Below are positions 9,283 through 19,215 of a DNA stretch of 60,743 nucleotides, one piece after another. The number at the start of each line of letters is the position of its first letter. Positions within the stretch are counted from its first letter, which is position 1. Location: IMG/VR virus record IMGVR_UViG_3300037851_000839, positions 1 through 60,743 of that record. The stretch is one strand, 5' to 3'. The translations under genes and the position numbers were made by a program. The notes beneath the pieces were generated by a model, which ran no database searches, was not told the origin of the DNA, and saw only the letters and a list, made by a program, of their open reading frames with translations. Source of the stretch: a virus (lineage: Duplodnaviria; Caudoviricetes).

Positions 9283-10179
9283 TCAGGCCCCCGCGCCCTT
9301 CGCCACCACCTCGATGGCCTGGAAGAGGGTGGGCGAGCCCATGCCCTCCCAGACCTTGGCCGCCTTCGTGACGGAGTCGAGGACCCTGCGGAGCTTCTCG
9401 TCCTGACCCTCGGACAGGTCGCCCTCGGCGATCTTCTCCAGATCCTCCGAGAGGTCAGCCGCGATGTCGGAGACCGAGAACATCGTCTCGGCGCTCTCCT
9501 TGTCGCCGACCGCCTCGAACACCTCGCCGAGGTACATCGCGAGCAGGCCGGCGTTGTAGGCCGCCTCCTCGTACGAGTTCTCGGTGTCGGGGCCCCCGGC
9601 GGAGGGGTTGTTCAGCGCCTCGCGGAGGTTCGCGAGCGCCTGATCGTTGTGCGCCATCACGACGCGCTTGCCGGCCGCGTGGAGCTTCGCCAGCATCTTG
9701 CTGCCGAACTTCTTGAGCTTCTTCTTGGCGCGCAGGAGGATCTTGCGCTTGTTCCGCTTGCGGTACATGCGCGAGGCCACGCGGAGCGCGGCCTTCTTGC
9801 CCTTGCGGTAGAGGCGCGCGGCGAGCTTCTGGGCCGCCGACTTCCGGATCTTCTTGACGGCCCGGAACGCCTCCTCCTTGTTCGCGGCCGGATCCACGCC
9901 GGCCGCACGCAGCTCGGCACGCGCCTGCTCGGCGAGGGTCTTGGCCTTGCCGCCGCCCTGGGCCGGACGACCGCCGCCGCCGCCGAGGAGGTTCCTGTCC
10001 TCGGCGAGGCGCGACGGGACCTGACCCTGCGGCGCCACCGGCGGGGACGCCGAACCGGGGCGCGCCTCGGCGAGCTTGCCGGTCATGCGGTCGATCTCGC
10101 CGAGGACCTTCCCGGCGTCGAGACCGACCTCCTTGAGATCCTCCTCCAGCGAACCGACCTTCATCTTGGTGCCCAGCAT
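9283..10179 (-). CDS. Putative prohead core protein (basic central region)
   Basis: AAGGAG SD before ATG 10179; Lys/Arg-rich block; synteny like T4 gp67/gp68. Confidence 0.55.
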   Translation of the reverse strand: MLGTKMKVGSLEEDLKEVGLDAGKVLGEIDRMTGKLAEARPGSASPPVAPQGQVPSRLAEDRNLLGGGGGRPAQGGGKAKTLAEQARAELRAAGVDPAANKEEAFRAVKKIRKSAAQKLAARLYRKGKKAALRVASRMYRKRNKRKILLRAKKKLKKFGSKMLAKLHAAGKRVVMAHNDQALANLREALNNPSAGGPDTENSYEEAAYNAGLLAMYLGEVFEAVGDKESAETMFSVSDIAADLSEDLEKIAEGDLSEGQDEKLRRVLDSVTKAAKVWEGMGSPTLFQAIEVVAKGAGA

Positions 10180-10196
10180 GTCTCGCTCCTTCGTTC

Positions 10197-11141
10197 TCAG
10201 GCGGCCTTCGACTCGAACCGGCGAGCCATCTTCTCGGTGAAGGCTGCCGCGAGGGACCACTCCCTCATCTGCCCAGCGATTCCATCGTGGAGACGGGCCA
10301 GGCACTTCGCGCACCCGTCCTCTGCCACTGCCACTGCATCGTCCACGATGGAGATCATGCCGTCCAGGTCTTCTGCGAACCCGGAGGCGAACTCGACGAA
10401 GTCCGCGGTCGTCTCCGCATCGTCTGCGGATCCACGAACCCTGTACCCCTCGTTCACCTGCCTGGCGAGCAAGGTCTGCTCACGCAGGCGCCCGAGGAAG
10501 GAGCGAAGCTCCCCCATCGCGCGAACGACCGACTCCCTGCGACCCTCGGCCACCGACTCGTCGATGGCGTCGCCGGTGATGTTCTCGAACTGCGGCTTCG
10601 GGTAGACCAGCCTGAGTGCCTCGGCGCCGAGGAACTTGCGGATCTCCGCCTCCCTCTCCGAGACCATCTTGGCCCAGTCGGCATCGGCGAACCGGTCGCG
10701 GTTCTCCAGGAACACGGTCTCCACGGCCTCGGCCGTCATCGGCACGCCGCCGGTGGCGAGGTCGAGCAGCTCCCTGAGCTTCTCCTCCGCCGACTCGGAG
10801 TTGCACTCCAGGAGGTCGGAGACCGCCTCCTCGTACTTCTTGCGGATGGCGGACTGGCGGACCTCGCCCTCGATCACGGGAACATCGATCTGCCTCACGT
10901 GGGTGAGGGTCACGCCGTCCTCGCCTTCGGTCCACTCGCACCGGAAGAACTCGCCATCGGTGTTCGCGACGATGGCGTGGTCGGTGTAGGTGCCGATCAC
11001 GCGAACCGACGCCTCATCCTCCGCCCCGAACAGCTCGGAGTGGTTCGCGACGGCCTCCTCGACCGCGCCCATGCGGACCTCGAACGAGCCCGCCAGGAGC
11101 TTCGCCAGGAAGTCGCCGTCCACCAGCTTCTCAGAGGCCAT
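10197..11141 (-). CDS. Acidic hypothetical head-assembly protein
   Basis: GGAGG SD; between portal and core genes. Confidence 0.55.
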   Translation of the reverse strand: MASEKLVDGDFLAKLLAGSFEVRMGAVEEAVANHSELFGAEDEASVRVIGTYTDHAIVANTDGEFFRCEWTEGEDGVTLTHVRQIDVPVIEGEVRQSAIRKKYEEAVSDLLECNSESAEEKLRELLDLATGGVPMTAEAVETVFLENRDRFADADWAKMVSEREAEIRKFLGAEALRLVYPKPQFENITGDAIDESVAEGRRESVVRAMGELRSFLGRLREQTLLARQVNEGYRVRGSADDAETTADFVEFASGFAEDLDGMISIVDDAVAVAEDGCAKCLARLHDGIAGQMREWSLAAAFTEKMARRFESKAA

Positions 11142-11220
11142 TGGTTCCTCCGTATGACATTCGCATCGTTCGCCTGTCAAGTATGGTCAGACCACATATT
11201 GTCACGTCACCACGGTCTGT

Positions 11221-13068
11221 TCACCGCAAGTTCTGTCGGATGTCGGCGAGCATCCCCTCGATCGAGGTGAGCCTCTTGGCCAACGCCCGGTCGTTCTTCA
11301 ACACCTCGTGGAGCCTGTCCTCGCCGTACCTGGTTCGGTTCTTGGACTCGAACTCCTTGCGCCAACCCTCCCGGGTCGCGCGCATGACCTCGGACAGCTT
11401 CTTGGCGCGCCCGGCGTTGACCTTGCGTCGTTCCTGGAGAGCCTTCCCGTACCTCCTGGCCGCCTCTTGACCTGGCTCTCCACCCTGCTCTTCTCCGCCC
11501 CCTTCCTCGCCCGGCTGCTCCTCGGCGCCGGCCTGGAAATCGCTCTGGACTTCGGCCTGAGCCTGCATCGCCATCTGCTGGATGTTGGCCTCGGTCTCGC
11601 CCTTCCGAAGCTGCTCCTCCTCGCGCTCATCCATGAGCTGGGCGGCCTCTTCCTCGGAGAACTTGTAGAGCTTCGTCAGGATCCATCGCGTGCTGACCTG
11701 CTCGCCCATGCGGGTCGCCACGTCGGCCGTCGCAGACAGCACCTCCAGCTTCGCCAGTTCCAGGATCGCGGACGGGACGGACATCTGCACGTCGAAGTCG
11801 AGCCTGTCCGGGTCAGCTCCGATGGCCACCAGGTGAACCCTCAGCGCCCGCCGATACCCCGACCTGGTCTCGCGCTGGATGCGCATGACGGTCCGAGCGA
11901 ACCGAATGTCCTCCGACGAGAGAGACGCCCGAGTCGCCTCGCCGCCGTAGCCGAGGTACGCCTTCGGAACCTTGAGGCCGGCGACCAGCTTGTCCCGGTG
12001 GTAGTCGAGCGTGTCTGTCTCGGCGTAGTCGGGCCCCTGGAGCACCTCGATGCGCGTCGAGTCCTTGCCGTTGCGCGACGGGATGAAGAAGTCCTCGTCG
12101 TGCGCCAGCGGGTTGTGACGCATGTCGAGCTTGCCCGTCTGCGGGTTCATGAACTTCTTCTTGATGAAGTTGTTCTTGACCTGGTTCACGTAGGCGAGAC
12201 CGCGGACGTTATCCAGCTCGCCCACGTCGATGTAGAACGCGTAGCGCGCGGGCGCGCGCGAGAGCTTGTAGATGAGGATGGCGTCTTCCAGTAGCGCCAG
12301 GCGCTTCCAGATCCATCGCGCTGGATCGGCCACGCCATGGCCGTAGACCGAGCGCATGTGCTTGCCGCGCAGGCGCCAGTGGATCAGCTCCCAGTCCTCG
12401 AAGACCGTCATCTCGCCGGGGGTTCTCCCGCGCGACCGTCCAGCCGCCTGCTCCTTGGCGAGCTGATAGAAGTCTTCGAGCGAGATGTTGAACTCGCCGC
12501 GCGTGTCCTGGATGAACCCGAGGAGCTTGCCCTTCGGATCCTCGACGCGCCTGACCGTGGGCGGCGGGAGGTAGTTGATGCCGACGAGACCCTGCTCGGC
12601 GACCACCAGTTCCCCGTACGCGTTGCCGTACTTCCCGAGCGTCCGGTTCAGGCCCCAGATGTCGTCCTCGACCATGATCCGCTTGTGCAGGACCATGTCC
12701 AGTTCCTTGGCGACCTGACCATTCTCGCTGGTGACCCAGATCGACTTGCCCTCCTCCATGTCGGGCATCGTCGAGTCGTCGGCGTAGATGTCGTACGCGG
12801 AGCTGATCTCCGGGTACTCGTCCATCTCCTCGTAGTCCGCGTAGCGGGCCATGAGGTCCTGATCGATCCGAAGGTGCTCGGCGAGCGTGTCGTAGCCGAA
12901 CTGGGAGACGAGGTTGTACGGCAGGCCGGCGCGCTCGACGCTGGGCATCCCGCCCTTGCGCAGATCCGCGGCGACGAACTCGGGGGACCTGGCGAAGAAC
13001 TGCCGAAGGCCCTGGCCGACCTGTTGGATGAACCCCTCGACGAGGGAGCGCTGCTTCTTGGGTGCCAC
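11221..13068 (-). CDS. Portal protein (T4 gp20 family)
   Basis: LEDAILIYKLSRAPARYAFYIDVG, EDFFIP, T.IEVLQG, LKVPKAYL, EDIRFARTV.RIQ. Confidence 0.93.
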   Translation of the reverse strand: MAPKKQRSLVEGFIQQVGQGLRQFFARSPEFVAADLRKGGMPSVERAGLPYNLVSQFGYDTLAEHLRIDQDLMARYADYEEMDEYPEISSAYDIYADDSTMPDMEEGKSIWVTSENGQVAKELDMVLHKRIMVEDDIWGLNRTLGKYGNAYGELVVAEQGLVGINYLPPPTVRRVEDPKGKLLGFIQDTRGEFNISLEDFYQLAKEQAAGRSRGRTPGEMTVFEDWELIHWRLRGKHMRSVYGHGVADPARWIWKRLALLEDAILIYKLSRAPARYAFYIDVGELDNVRGLAYVNQVKNNFIKKKFMNPQTGKLDMRHNPLAHDEDFFIPSRNGKDSTRIEVLQGPDYAETDTLDYHRDKLVAGLKVPKAYLGYGGEATRASLSSEDIRFARTVMRIQRETRSGYRRALRVHLVAIGADPDRLDFDVQMSVPSAILELAKLEVLSATADVATRMGEQVSTRWILTKLYKFSEEEAAQLMDEREEEQLRKGETEANIQQMAMQAQAEVQSDFQAGAEEQPGEEGGGEEQGGEPGQEAARRYGKALQERRKVNAGRAKKLSEVMRATREGWRKEFESKNRTRYGEDRLHEVLKNDRALAKRLTSIEGMLADIRQNLR

Positions 13069-13069
13069 G

Positions 13070-15202
13070 TCACCCCTTCACGAAGGGAAGAGGAGGAGCG
13101 CCGCTGCCGCCGCTGCCTCCGGAGCCTGAGCCGGGCTTCACCATACCGCCTCGGGGCGCACTTCTGCCACCTTCCTCTCCTACCATGACGGCCCCGCCCG
13201 TCACCCAGGACGGGTCGTCTTTCCTCTCGGCGCCCGAGTCGCTGACGCCCAGCAGCGGCGGGATGGGTCTCCCCGGGCTCCGCTGGGTAACAGAGTAGAC
13301 CAGGCCGCCGAGCGCGTCGGCCAGGTCCTTCGATCCACGGACCTGGTTCCCCTTCGGCCCGGTCATGGTCTTCGGGTGGTCGATCTTGACCTTGCCGCCC
13401 GACGTTGGCACCCGCTGTAGGTTCCGCAGCTCCGCGGCCAGGTACAGGTGCCGCTGGGTGCGGATCCGCCGTTCGTAGAGAGCACCCTTGAGCACGTCGT
13501 ACGGCTCGGTCGTCCGGTCCAGCGACACCAGCTCGACCTCGATGCCGCGCTTCTTGAACTGCTGCATCGAGTCGGCCGACTGGTACTGGTCCATCGAGAC
13601 GAAGCCGATCTGGAACCCGTGCTCGATGAACTGGTAGACGATGGACCGAACGTCGGAGAGCAGGATCTCATCGCCAGGGGGCGGAACGATCCTGAGAAGC
13701 AGGTCGGTCTCGATGATCGGCGCCAGCTCGCTGTACTCTTCGCCCCTCCAGTCGCGCCGCACGACCTCGGTCCAGTTGGCGATGTGGCCGATGGCCAGGC
13801 CCGTCGCGTCTCCGGTGAGCGACGCGTCGATGTGCGCATAGCGGATGGCGTTCGGGTGGCGATGCGGCAGCCAGGCCATCTCGACGAACCCGCCCGCGAG
13901 CTTGCGCTCGTACTGCCTCGCGACCGACGACCACTGGATCTGGAGCGGCGTCGATGGCACCCACTCCTCGATGACCGCCCCGCCGTCGTCCATCGTTCCG
14001 ATGGGCAACGTCTCGTCCACGGCGTCGAAGATGGTGTCCGTCCGCTGGATGAACGGGCTGATCGACTCGGTCGCAACGCCTGCGATGTCCCGGAGCGAGC
14101 CGTCGATGTCGCGCTCGAAGTCGTTGCGGTAGTCGATCGGGACATCGACGATCTGGAGGCCCATCTCCTTGTACCGGAGGATCTCCCGCTCGTCGGCGTT
14201 GTCCGCCAGGATGCGGCTCTGGACCTTGTCGTTGCCGGCGACGACCCGGAACGTGCCTCGGGAGAAGAACTCCGGCGGCTTCACGTCCCACGTCGCGTAC
14301 TCACGCACGAAGAAGTGCTGGTCGCCGGTCTCGCGAGCCTCGCGCACCCGCTTCTCGATGAAGGCGGTGGGCCGCTCCTTCGACGACACGGTGAGCAGCA
14401 CCCCAGGCAGACGACCCGCCCGCTGGAAGCGCGACTTCATGCGGCGGATGATCGACTTGTAGATCTTCTCGCCCGTGTCGGTCGCGATGAACTTGCCCGA
14501 GCGATCGACCTCCTTGTCGGCGCCCATGAAGCTCGTCTCGTCGATGAACCCGGCGAAGACGTTGAGGCCGATGATCGCGGAGCTGCCCGTCGAACCGGCG
14601 ACGACCTGGACCTGGTTCGGGAACTTGATTTCGAGCTGGCTCGGCGCGGCCTTGAGCGGGAAGTGCTCCTTGAAGTACCGCGAGTGCTCGATCTTGCCGA
14701 TCAGCTCGTTCACCGCGACGCGACGCGCGACCTTCTCGGTGACGCTCAGCATCGCGATGTAGATGTGCGACCCGGCGTCGATGCCGTAGGTCCGCTGCGG
14801 GCTCCTCAGGCACGACATCTGGTACACGACGTACGCCATCGCGCACGTGGCGAAGAAGCTCTTGCCCCACCCGATGGAGCCGCCGAGGACGCCCTCGTAG
14901 TAGTCGCCCTCGAACAGTTCGATCATGTCCTCGCGGAGACGCGGCCAGAGAGACTGCCCCGTGTCTCCCAGGAAGTACGGATCGGTCAGGAACGTCTCGA
15001 TGGAGACCGGCTTCCGCGCGTACTCCGCCTCGGCGAGCTTCTCGTACTCGCGCGCCCTCCCGCGCGCGAGCTGATCGTGGACCTCCTCCAGCGCCTCCCG
15101 TTCGTGTGGCGGCAGCCGCGAGATCTGTTCGTAGAGCAGCTCCTCGTCCTCGTCCTCGGTGCGGACCGACCGAGGGCGGCCCTTGTCATCGAGGATGGGC
15201 AC
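13070..15202 (-). CDS. Terminase large subunit
   Basis: Walker A GSIGWGKS, Walker B FIDE, nuclease HIDASLTGD, DQYQS, KIDHP, SKDLADA. Confidence 0.92.
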   Translation of the reverse strand: MPILDDKGRPRSVRTEDEDEELLYEQISRLPPHEREALEEVHDQLARGRAREYEKLAEAEYARKPVSIETFLTDPYFLGDTGQSLWPRLREDMIELFEGDYYEGVLGGSIGWGKSFFATCAMAYVVYQMSCLRSPQRTYGIDAGSHIYIAMLSVTEKVARRVAVNELIGKIEHSRYFKEHFPLKAAPSQLEIKFPNQVQVVAGSTGSSAIIGLNVFAGFIDETSFMGADKEVDRSGKFIATDTGEKIYKSIIRRMKSRFQRAGRLPGVLLTVSSKERPTAFIEKRVREARETGDQHFFVREYATWDVKPPEFFSRGTFRVVAGNDKVQSRILADNADEREILRYKEMGLQIVDVPIDYRNDFERDIDGSLRDIAGVATESISPFIQRTDTIFDAVDETLPIGTMDDGGAVIEEWVPSTPLQIQWSSVARQYERKLAGGFVEMAWLPHRHPNAIRYAHIDASLTGDATGLAIGHIANWTEVVRRDWRGEEYSELAPIIETDLLLRIVPPPGDEILLSDVRSIVYQFIEHGFQIGFVSMDQYQSADSMQQFKKRGIEVELVSLDRTTEPYDVLKGALYERRIRTQRHLYLAAELRNLQRVPTSGGKVKIDHPKTMTGPKGNQVRGSKDLADALGGLVYSVTQRSPGRPIPPLLGVSDSGAERKDDPSWVTGGAVMVGEEGGRSAPRGGMVKPGSGSGGSGGSGAPPLPFVKG

Positions 15203-15205
15203 AGA

Positions 15206-15991
15206 TCACCCGGTCGCCTTGTCGCCCCCGCTCGCCTCGGTCTCCTTCCTTCGCTTCCTCTCCTCCATCCGAGCGAGCTTCTCCACGAGCGAGACGACGC
15301 GGTGCCTGGACTCGGGATTGGACAACGTCTGCTGCGTCTTCTCCGAGTAGCCCTTGATGTCGAGCTGCTCCCTGAACTTCTGGTCGCCGTCGGTGAGACC
15401 CAGGGTCTTCTTCATCTCGATGCGGAGACCCAGCATCGCGTGGGCGACGGCGAACTCCCTGTTGAGGTTGTCGATGTAGCCGCCCTTCTCCGCTTCGAGA
15501 CGGGTCAGCCGATCGATTCGGTGCCGCTGAGCGATGTAGAGGGCCTCGACCTCCACCAGCTCGTCGATGCCTCGCTCGACGTGCCGTTCGTAGATCTTCT
15601 TGGCGATGACGCTCGGGAGCATCTGCCCCACCTCACCGACGCGTCCCCCCGGAAGGGCCTCAGGCTCGGAGCCGTCGTCCATGTCCCCGTCGTCGTCCTC
15701 ATCGTCGTCAAGCAGCTCGTCGTTCGCCGGGTTCCCCGCGGTGTTGAACCAGCGCTTGCTGTCCTCGGCCACCCGCTCCGACGCCTGCTTCCGCAGATCG
15801 TCACGCCTGCGCAGGAGCGCGTTCGCCAGGGAGACGGTCTTGACCTCGGTCAGCGCCCGCTGGTCCTCCTGGATGAACTTGGCCACGTCCACCGCCGGTG
15901 TCCCCTCCATGAGCATGAGGTCCACCGTCTTGACAAACGGAAGATTCCCGATGAGAACGGGGATGCTCGGCTTGTTCTTGATGTACGTCAC
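15206..15991 (-). CDS. Putative terminase small subunit
   Basis: Immediately upstream of large terminase; helical. Confidence 0.45.
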   Translation of the reverse strand: MTYIKNKPSIPVLIGNLPFVKTVDLMLMEGTPAVDVAKFIQEDQRALTEVKTVSLANALLRRRDDLRKQASERVAEDSKRWFNTAGNPANDELLDDDEDDDGDMDDGSEPEALPGGRVGEVGQMLPSVIAKKIYERHVERGIDELVEVEALYIAQRHRIDRLTRLEAEKGGYIDNLNREFAVAHAMLGLRIEMKKTLGLTDGDQKFREQLDIKGYSEKTQQTLSNPESRHRVVSLVEKLARMEERKRRKETEASGGDKATG

Positions 15992-16038
15992 ACCAAAAGT
16001 GTGCCTGAGCGCTAGTTATCAGGCAAGTTCCGTTGGTA

Positions 16039-16284
16039 TCACTCGCCCGAAGACATGGCGAGCAGGATCCCGGCGTCCGCCGTCAGCTCCGACTTGAACT
16101 GCTCCGCCGGGATCCCTTCCATGGACCCCACGGAGATCCCCTTGGGGATGTTGCCGTCGGGGTAGACCTCGACCTCCTTCCCGCCTTCGAGGATGGTGGG
16201 CTTCTCCAGCTCCCTGATCCAGTCGGACAGGTTCTTGCGGACCTGCTTGAGGTTGGCGAGCACGAACTCTCTGGACAGATTCAT
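16039..16284 (-). CDS. Hypothetical protein
   Basis: ATGA overlap with upstream ORF; 81 aa. Confidence 0.5.
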   Translation of the reverse strand: MNLSREFVLANLKQVRKNLSDWIRELEKPTILEGGKEVEVYPDGNIPKGISVGSMEGIPAEQFKSELTADAGILLAMSSGE

Positions 16285-17597
16285 CGGTCGTCTCCTTCGT
16301 CTTCCTGACCTTCGTCGGCCTCCGAGGAGACCAAGCTCTCGATCTTCTGGGCGGTGTCCCAGCCGAACACCACCTCGTTGGTGCCCTTCTTGAGGGCCAC
16401 GATGTCCACGCCGAGCTTCGCCTCGATGGCTTCCAGGGCCTCGTCGGGAACCCCGTGGACGATGGTGCCCTTCTTCTGGTCGATGGCGATGACGAAGACG
16501 CCGAAGTTCTTCTCCAGCCCCTTCATGATGTCGCGGAAGTAGATCCGGTTGCGCAGGTCCTTCACGGTGGCCGCCGCCCCCGAGTAGAACGAGAGGAAGT
16601 GGGTGGCCATCATCTCCAGCGCCAGGCCGCGCCCCACCTCGGACTTCGCCGGCCTCTTGGTCAGGTCCATCGTCTCCTTGAGCACGTCGTAGGTAGCCGC
16701 GACCGCCGCCTCGATGTGGCGCTCCTGCTCCAGATCCACCTCGGCTGTCCACCTGACCTTGGTGGTGGCCCGCTCCTCCTCGGTCGGCACCGCGATCCCC
16801 TGTCGCGGCTCCTGGTCTCCGGTCGGGTGGCTCGCGGTCGTCCCGGTGGCCACTGGTGTCGTGTTCACCGGCGCCACGTCCACACCCTTGGCCTGAGCCG
16901 ACTTGACCGGATCGGTGTCCACGCCGTCGTGGACATCGTCGTCTTCGCCCGCCGGCTGGCCCTGGCCCTGGGCCAGACCGCCTACTTCGGCCGCCGACGG
17001 TGGCGGCGGCAGGGCGCTCTTCTCGGACGGCCGCTGGAGAGACAACCCCTGGCGCCTCGGGACGCCGGCCTTGTCGAGCGCCACCCTGGCGACCCGCTCC
17101 AGGTCCGGTCGCGCCAGCGCGCGCGCCTCCGCGAACCACTTCTCGTAGTTCGAGTCGTCGGCGAGTCCGACCAACACGCGCGCCTTCGTCCAGCCGACCT
17201 CGCGGATCAGCTCGCGGACCTTCGGGAAGTGCTGGAGCGCGCTGAACCACCACCACATCGCCACCATGTGGTGGATGTTCCGGACGTGGAAGTGCGTCTC
17301 CACGTCCACGTACTCCTCCCAGGTCTGGAACGGCTTGCCGGTGTTCGGGTTCACCCACTTGGAGTAGATGGCCTTGGATCGAACGCTGTAGAAGAGCGCT
17401 CCCAGCTCCAGCCGATCGTCGTCGAGACGCTTCGAGATCTCCTGGATGCGCGATCGGATGCGATCCGCGTGCTCGTCGGTGACGACCTCGGTCGTGATGT
17501 AGCCGCCGGTGAGCGCCACCAGGTTCGAGTCCTCGACGATCCCGTCGATCGCGCCAGCCTCGTCGTTCTGCTCGTCGTCGCTCTTCTTCTTCGTCAC
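16281..17597 (-). CDS. Hypothetical DNA-binding-type protein
   Basis: GTG after AGGAGG; LG..F..V......Y......F.TWEEYV..E and VGWTKARVL pattern seen in phage helical proteins. Confidence 0.55.
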   Translation of the reverse strand: MTKKKSDDEQNDEAGAIDGIVEDSNLVALTGGYITTEVVTDEHADRIRSRIQEISKRLDDDRLELGALFYSVRSKAIYSKWVNPNTGKPFQTWEEYVDVETHFHVRNIHHMVAMWWWFSALQHFPKVRELIREVGWTKARVLVGLADDSNYEKWFAEARALARPDLERVARVALDKAGVPRRQGLSLQRPSEKSALPPPPSAAEVGGLAQGQGQPAGEDDDVHDGVDTDPVKSAQAKGVDVAPVNTTPVATGTTASHPTGDQEPRQGIAVPTEEERATTKVRWTAEVDLEQERHIEAAVAATYDVLKETMDLTKRPAKSEVGRGLALEMMATHFLSFYSGAAATVKDLRNRIYFRDIMKGLEKNFGVFVIAIDQKKGTIVHGVPDEALEAIEAKLGVDIVALKKGTNEVVFGWDTAQKIESLVSSEADEGQEDEGDDR

Positions 17598-17797
17598 AGA
17601 TCTTCTCCTCCTGCCGAGGCGAGCATCCCGCCGTTGGCGCCTTCTTCGTAGACACGAACCCGCACGATTCCCTGATCCAGCCACTTCCTGAGGTGCTGCT
17701 TCGCCACCTCGGCCGGCGGTTCCTCGGACTCCACGGTGGCGCGCTTGAACGGGTACCTGGCGCGCGGCCTGTCGTAGCCGATGACCAAGAGCTTCAT
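17594..17797 (-). CDS. Small hypothetical protein
   Basis: Coupled stop/start overlaps on both sides. Confidence 0.5.
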   Translation of the reverse strand: MKLLVIGYDRPRARYPFKRATVESEEPPAEVAKQHLRKWLDQGIVRVRVYEEGANGGMLASAGGEDL

Positions 17798-18354
17798 CCG
17801 ATGACCTCCTCCGCCACGCGCTTGTCGAACACGAACCTGGCGACCACGCCGGCATCTGCCTCGTGGTCGGTCTTCACGTCGTACCCGAGCCCATCGCGAA
17901 CCACCTCGACGATCTGCTCTTTGCTCGGCCTGCCGTAACCCATGACGTGCTTGCGACCGGTGTTCGGCGGAACGATCTCTGGGACGATGCGAAGCGCGAG
18001 GAAGAGCTGGGTCTTGAGCACCCCCGCCACCTCGCCGATCTGGTGTGCCTGGAACCTCGCGTCCATCGCATAGCCCTCGATGCCGACGTGCCGGATCTTC
18101 CAGGTCTTGCAGATGCCGATGATCTCGTTGGCGATCGCGAGCATCCGCTGGATGCGGTCCGCCTCCGAGATGGGCGGGTCGCTCTTGCGCTGACGCGACA
18201 GCGGGTAGTGAAGCGTCTGCGCCCGCAAGAAGAGCCCCTGCTCGGACAGCACGATCAGCCCGGTGTTCGCTGGAGCCAGGTCAACGCCGAGAACGCGCCC
18301 AGAGCACCGCCACTTCAACGCACGGGCACTCGCCGTACGTGCCTGCTCCACCAT
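17794..18354 (-). CDS. ruvC: RuvC-like Holliday junction resolvase
   Basis: VLGVDLAPANTG, VGIEGY, K....GYG..SKEQI, DHEADA; start uncertain. Confidence 0.85.
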   Translation of the reverse strand: MVEQARTASARALKWRCSGRVLGVDLAPANTGLIVLSEQGLFLRAQTLHYPLSRQRKSDPPISEADRIQRMLAIANEIIGICKTWKIRHVGIEGYAMDARFQAHQIGEVAGVLKTQLFLALRIVPEIVPPNTGRKHVMGYGRPSKEQIVEVVRDGLGYDVKTDHEADAGVVARFVFDKRVAEEVIG

Positions 18355-19213
18355 GCGGACAGTCAGGGATGGGTCGGCTTTCGTCTTCGAGCGCTTCGCG
18401 GAGGCCACGGACCTTCTCCTTCTGGGCGTGGATGTACGCCGCATCGTACGCGACCTGGTGCTCGACCAGAGCCTCTTCGATGGAGGACGCACCGGGGTTG
18501 AAGTACAGGAGCCTCCCCGATCGGAACGACCCGGCGTCCATGTACCACTGGAGCTGGGCCACATCGTTCTTCCTGGGAGCGTCCCTCACGGATGGGACGA
18601 TGGTCCCGTCCCTTCTGGTGAACGACTTGTCGAGGTTCTCGCTTGTCTTGAGATCGAGGACCTCGATCGGGTTCGGAGCCAGGTGCAGCAGACCGTCGCT
18701 CTTCCCCTGAACGAACAGATCGTGATCGCGGAACTCTGGCTCGACGAACCGGAAGCGGTGCCACTTGCCCGGCTTGAGGTCGCACCTTCTGCACTGAGCA
18801 GGGATCGGGACCGCTGATCGGAACGAGACCGATGGCGTGCTCTTCTGGTCCTGCTCCTCGTCCGGGCACGATGCGCCGTCCACGAACGCGCACCGCGGGC
18901 ACTGCCAGCCACCGAGCAGGTTGCCCATCGGCCCGAGCCATAGCTCCTGGACCACCACGTGAAGCGCAGTGCCTCGGTCCATCCTCCATCGACCCTTGAG
19001 GTCGATGTCATCGACCATCCGCACCTTGAGCCGATGAGCCATCACGAGCGCCCTTGGGCACATCTCCGGGATGCGTGAGACGCCGAGCCACGACCTGGGC
19101 CCCGGAGGATCGCTCTCCCGGTGGACGATCAGGCTCTCCATGAGCAACGGAACCAGCGCGCCTCGCTGCTCGCGAAGCTCGCGGATTCCTCCGATCAGGT
19201 CTGCCAGGGCCAT
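18281..19213 (-). CDS. Cas4/RecB-like PD-(D/E)XK exonuclease
   Basis: S.I...CPR, GTALH, GKSDG, VLDLKT, QLQWYM, C-terminal Cys cluster. Confidence 0.85.
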   Translation of the reverse strand: MALADLIGGIRELREQRGALVPLLMESLIVHRESDPPGPRSWLGVSRIPEMCPRALVMAHRLKVRMVDDIDLKGRWRMDRGTALHVVVQELWLGPMGNLLGGWQCPRCAFVDGASCPDEEQDQKSTPSVSFRSAVPIPAQCRRCDLKPGKWHRFRFVEPEFRDHDLFVQGKSDGLLHLAPNPIEVLDLKTSENLDKSFTRRDGTIVPSVRDAPRKNDVAQLQWYMDAGSFRSGRLLYFNPGASSIEEALVEHQVAYDAAYIHAQKEKVRGLREALEDESRPIPDCPHGGAGTYGECPCVEVAVLWARSRR

Positions 19214-19215
19214 GT

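Noticed and set aside
5329-16015. Very long plus-strand ORFs (778, 618, 855 aa) opposite capsid, protease and terminase genes
   Set aside because: Antisense shadows expected in GC-rich coding DNA; no motifs. This also means an open antisense frame alone is weak evidence, so the methyltransferase finding rests on motifs on both strands and the junction position
18281-19213. CRISPR-Cas system (Cas4-like gene)
   Set aside because: No repeat-spacer array or other cas genes; stand-alone phage exonuclease context
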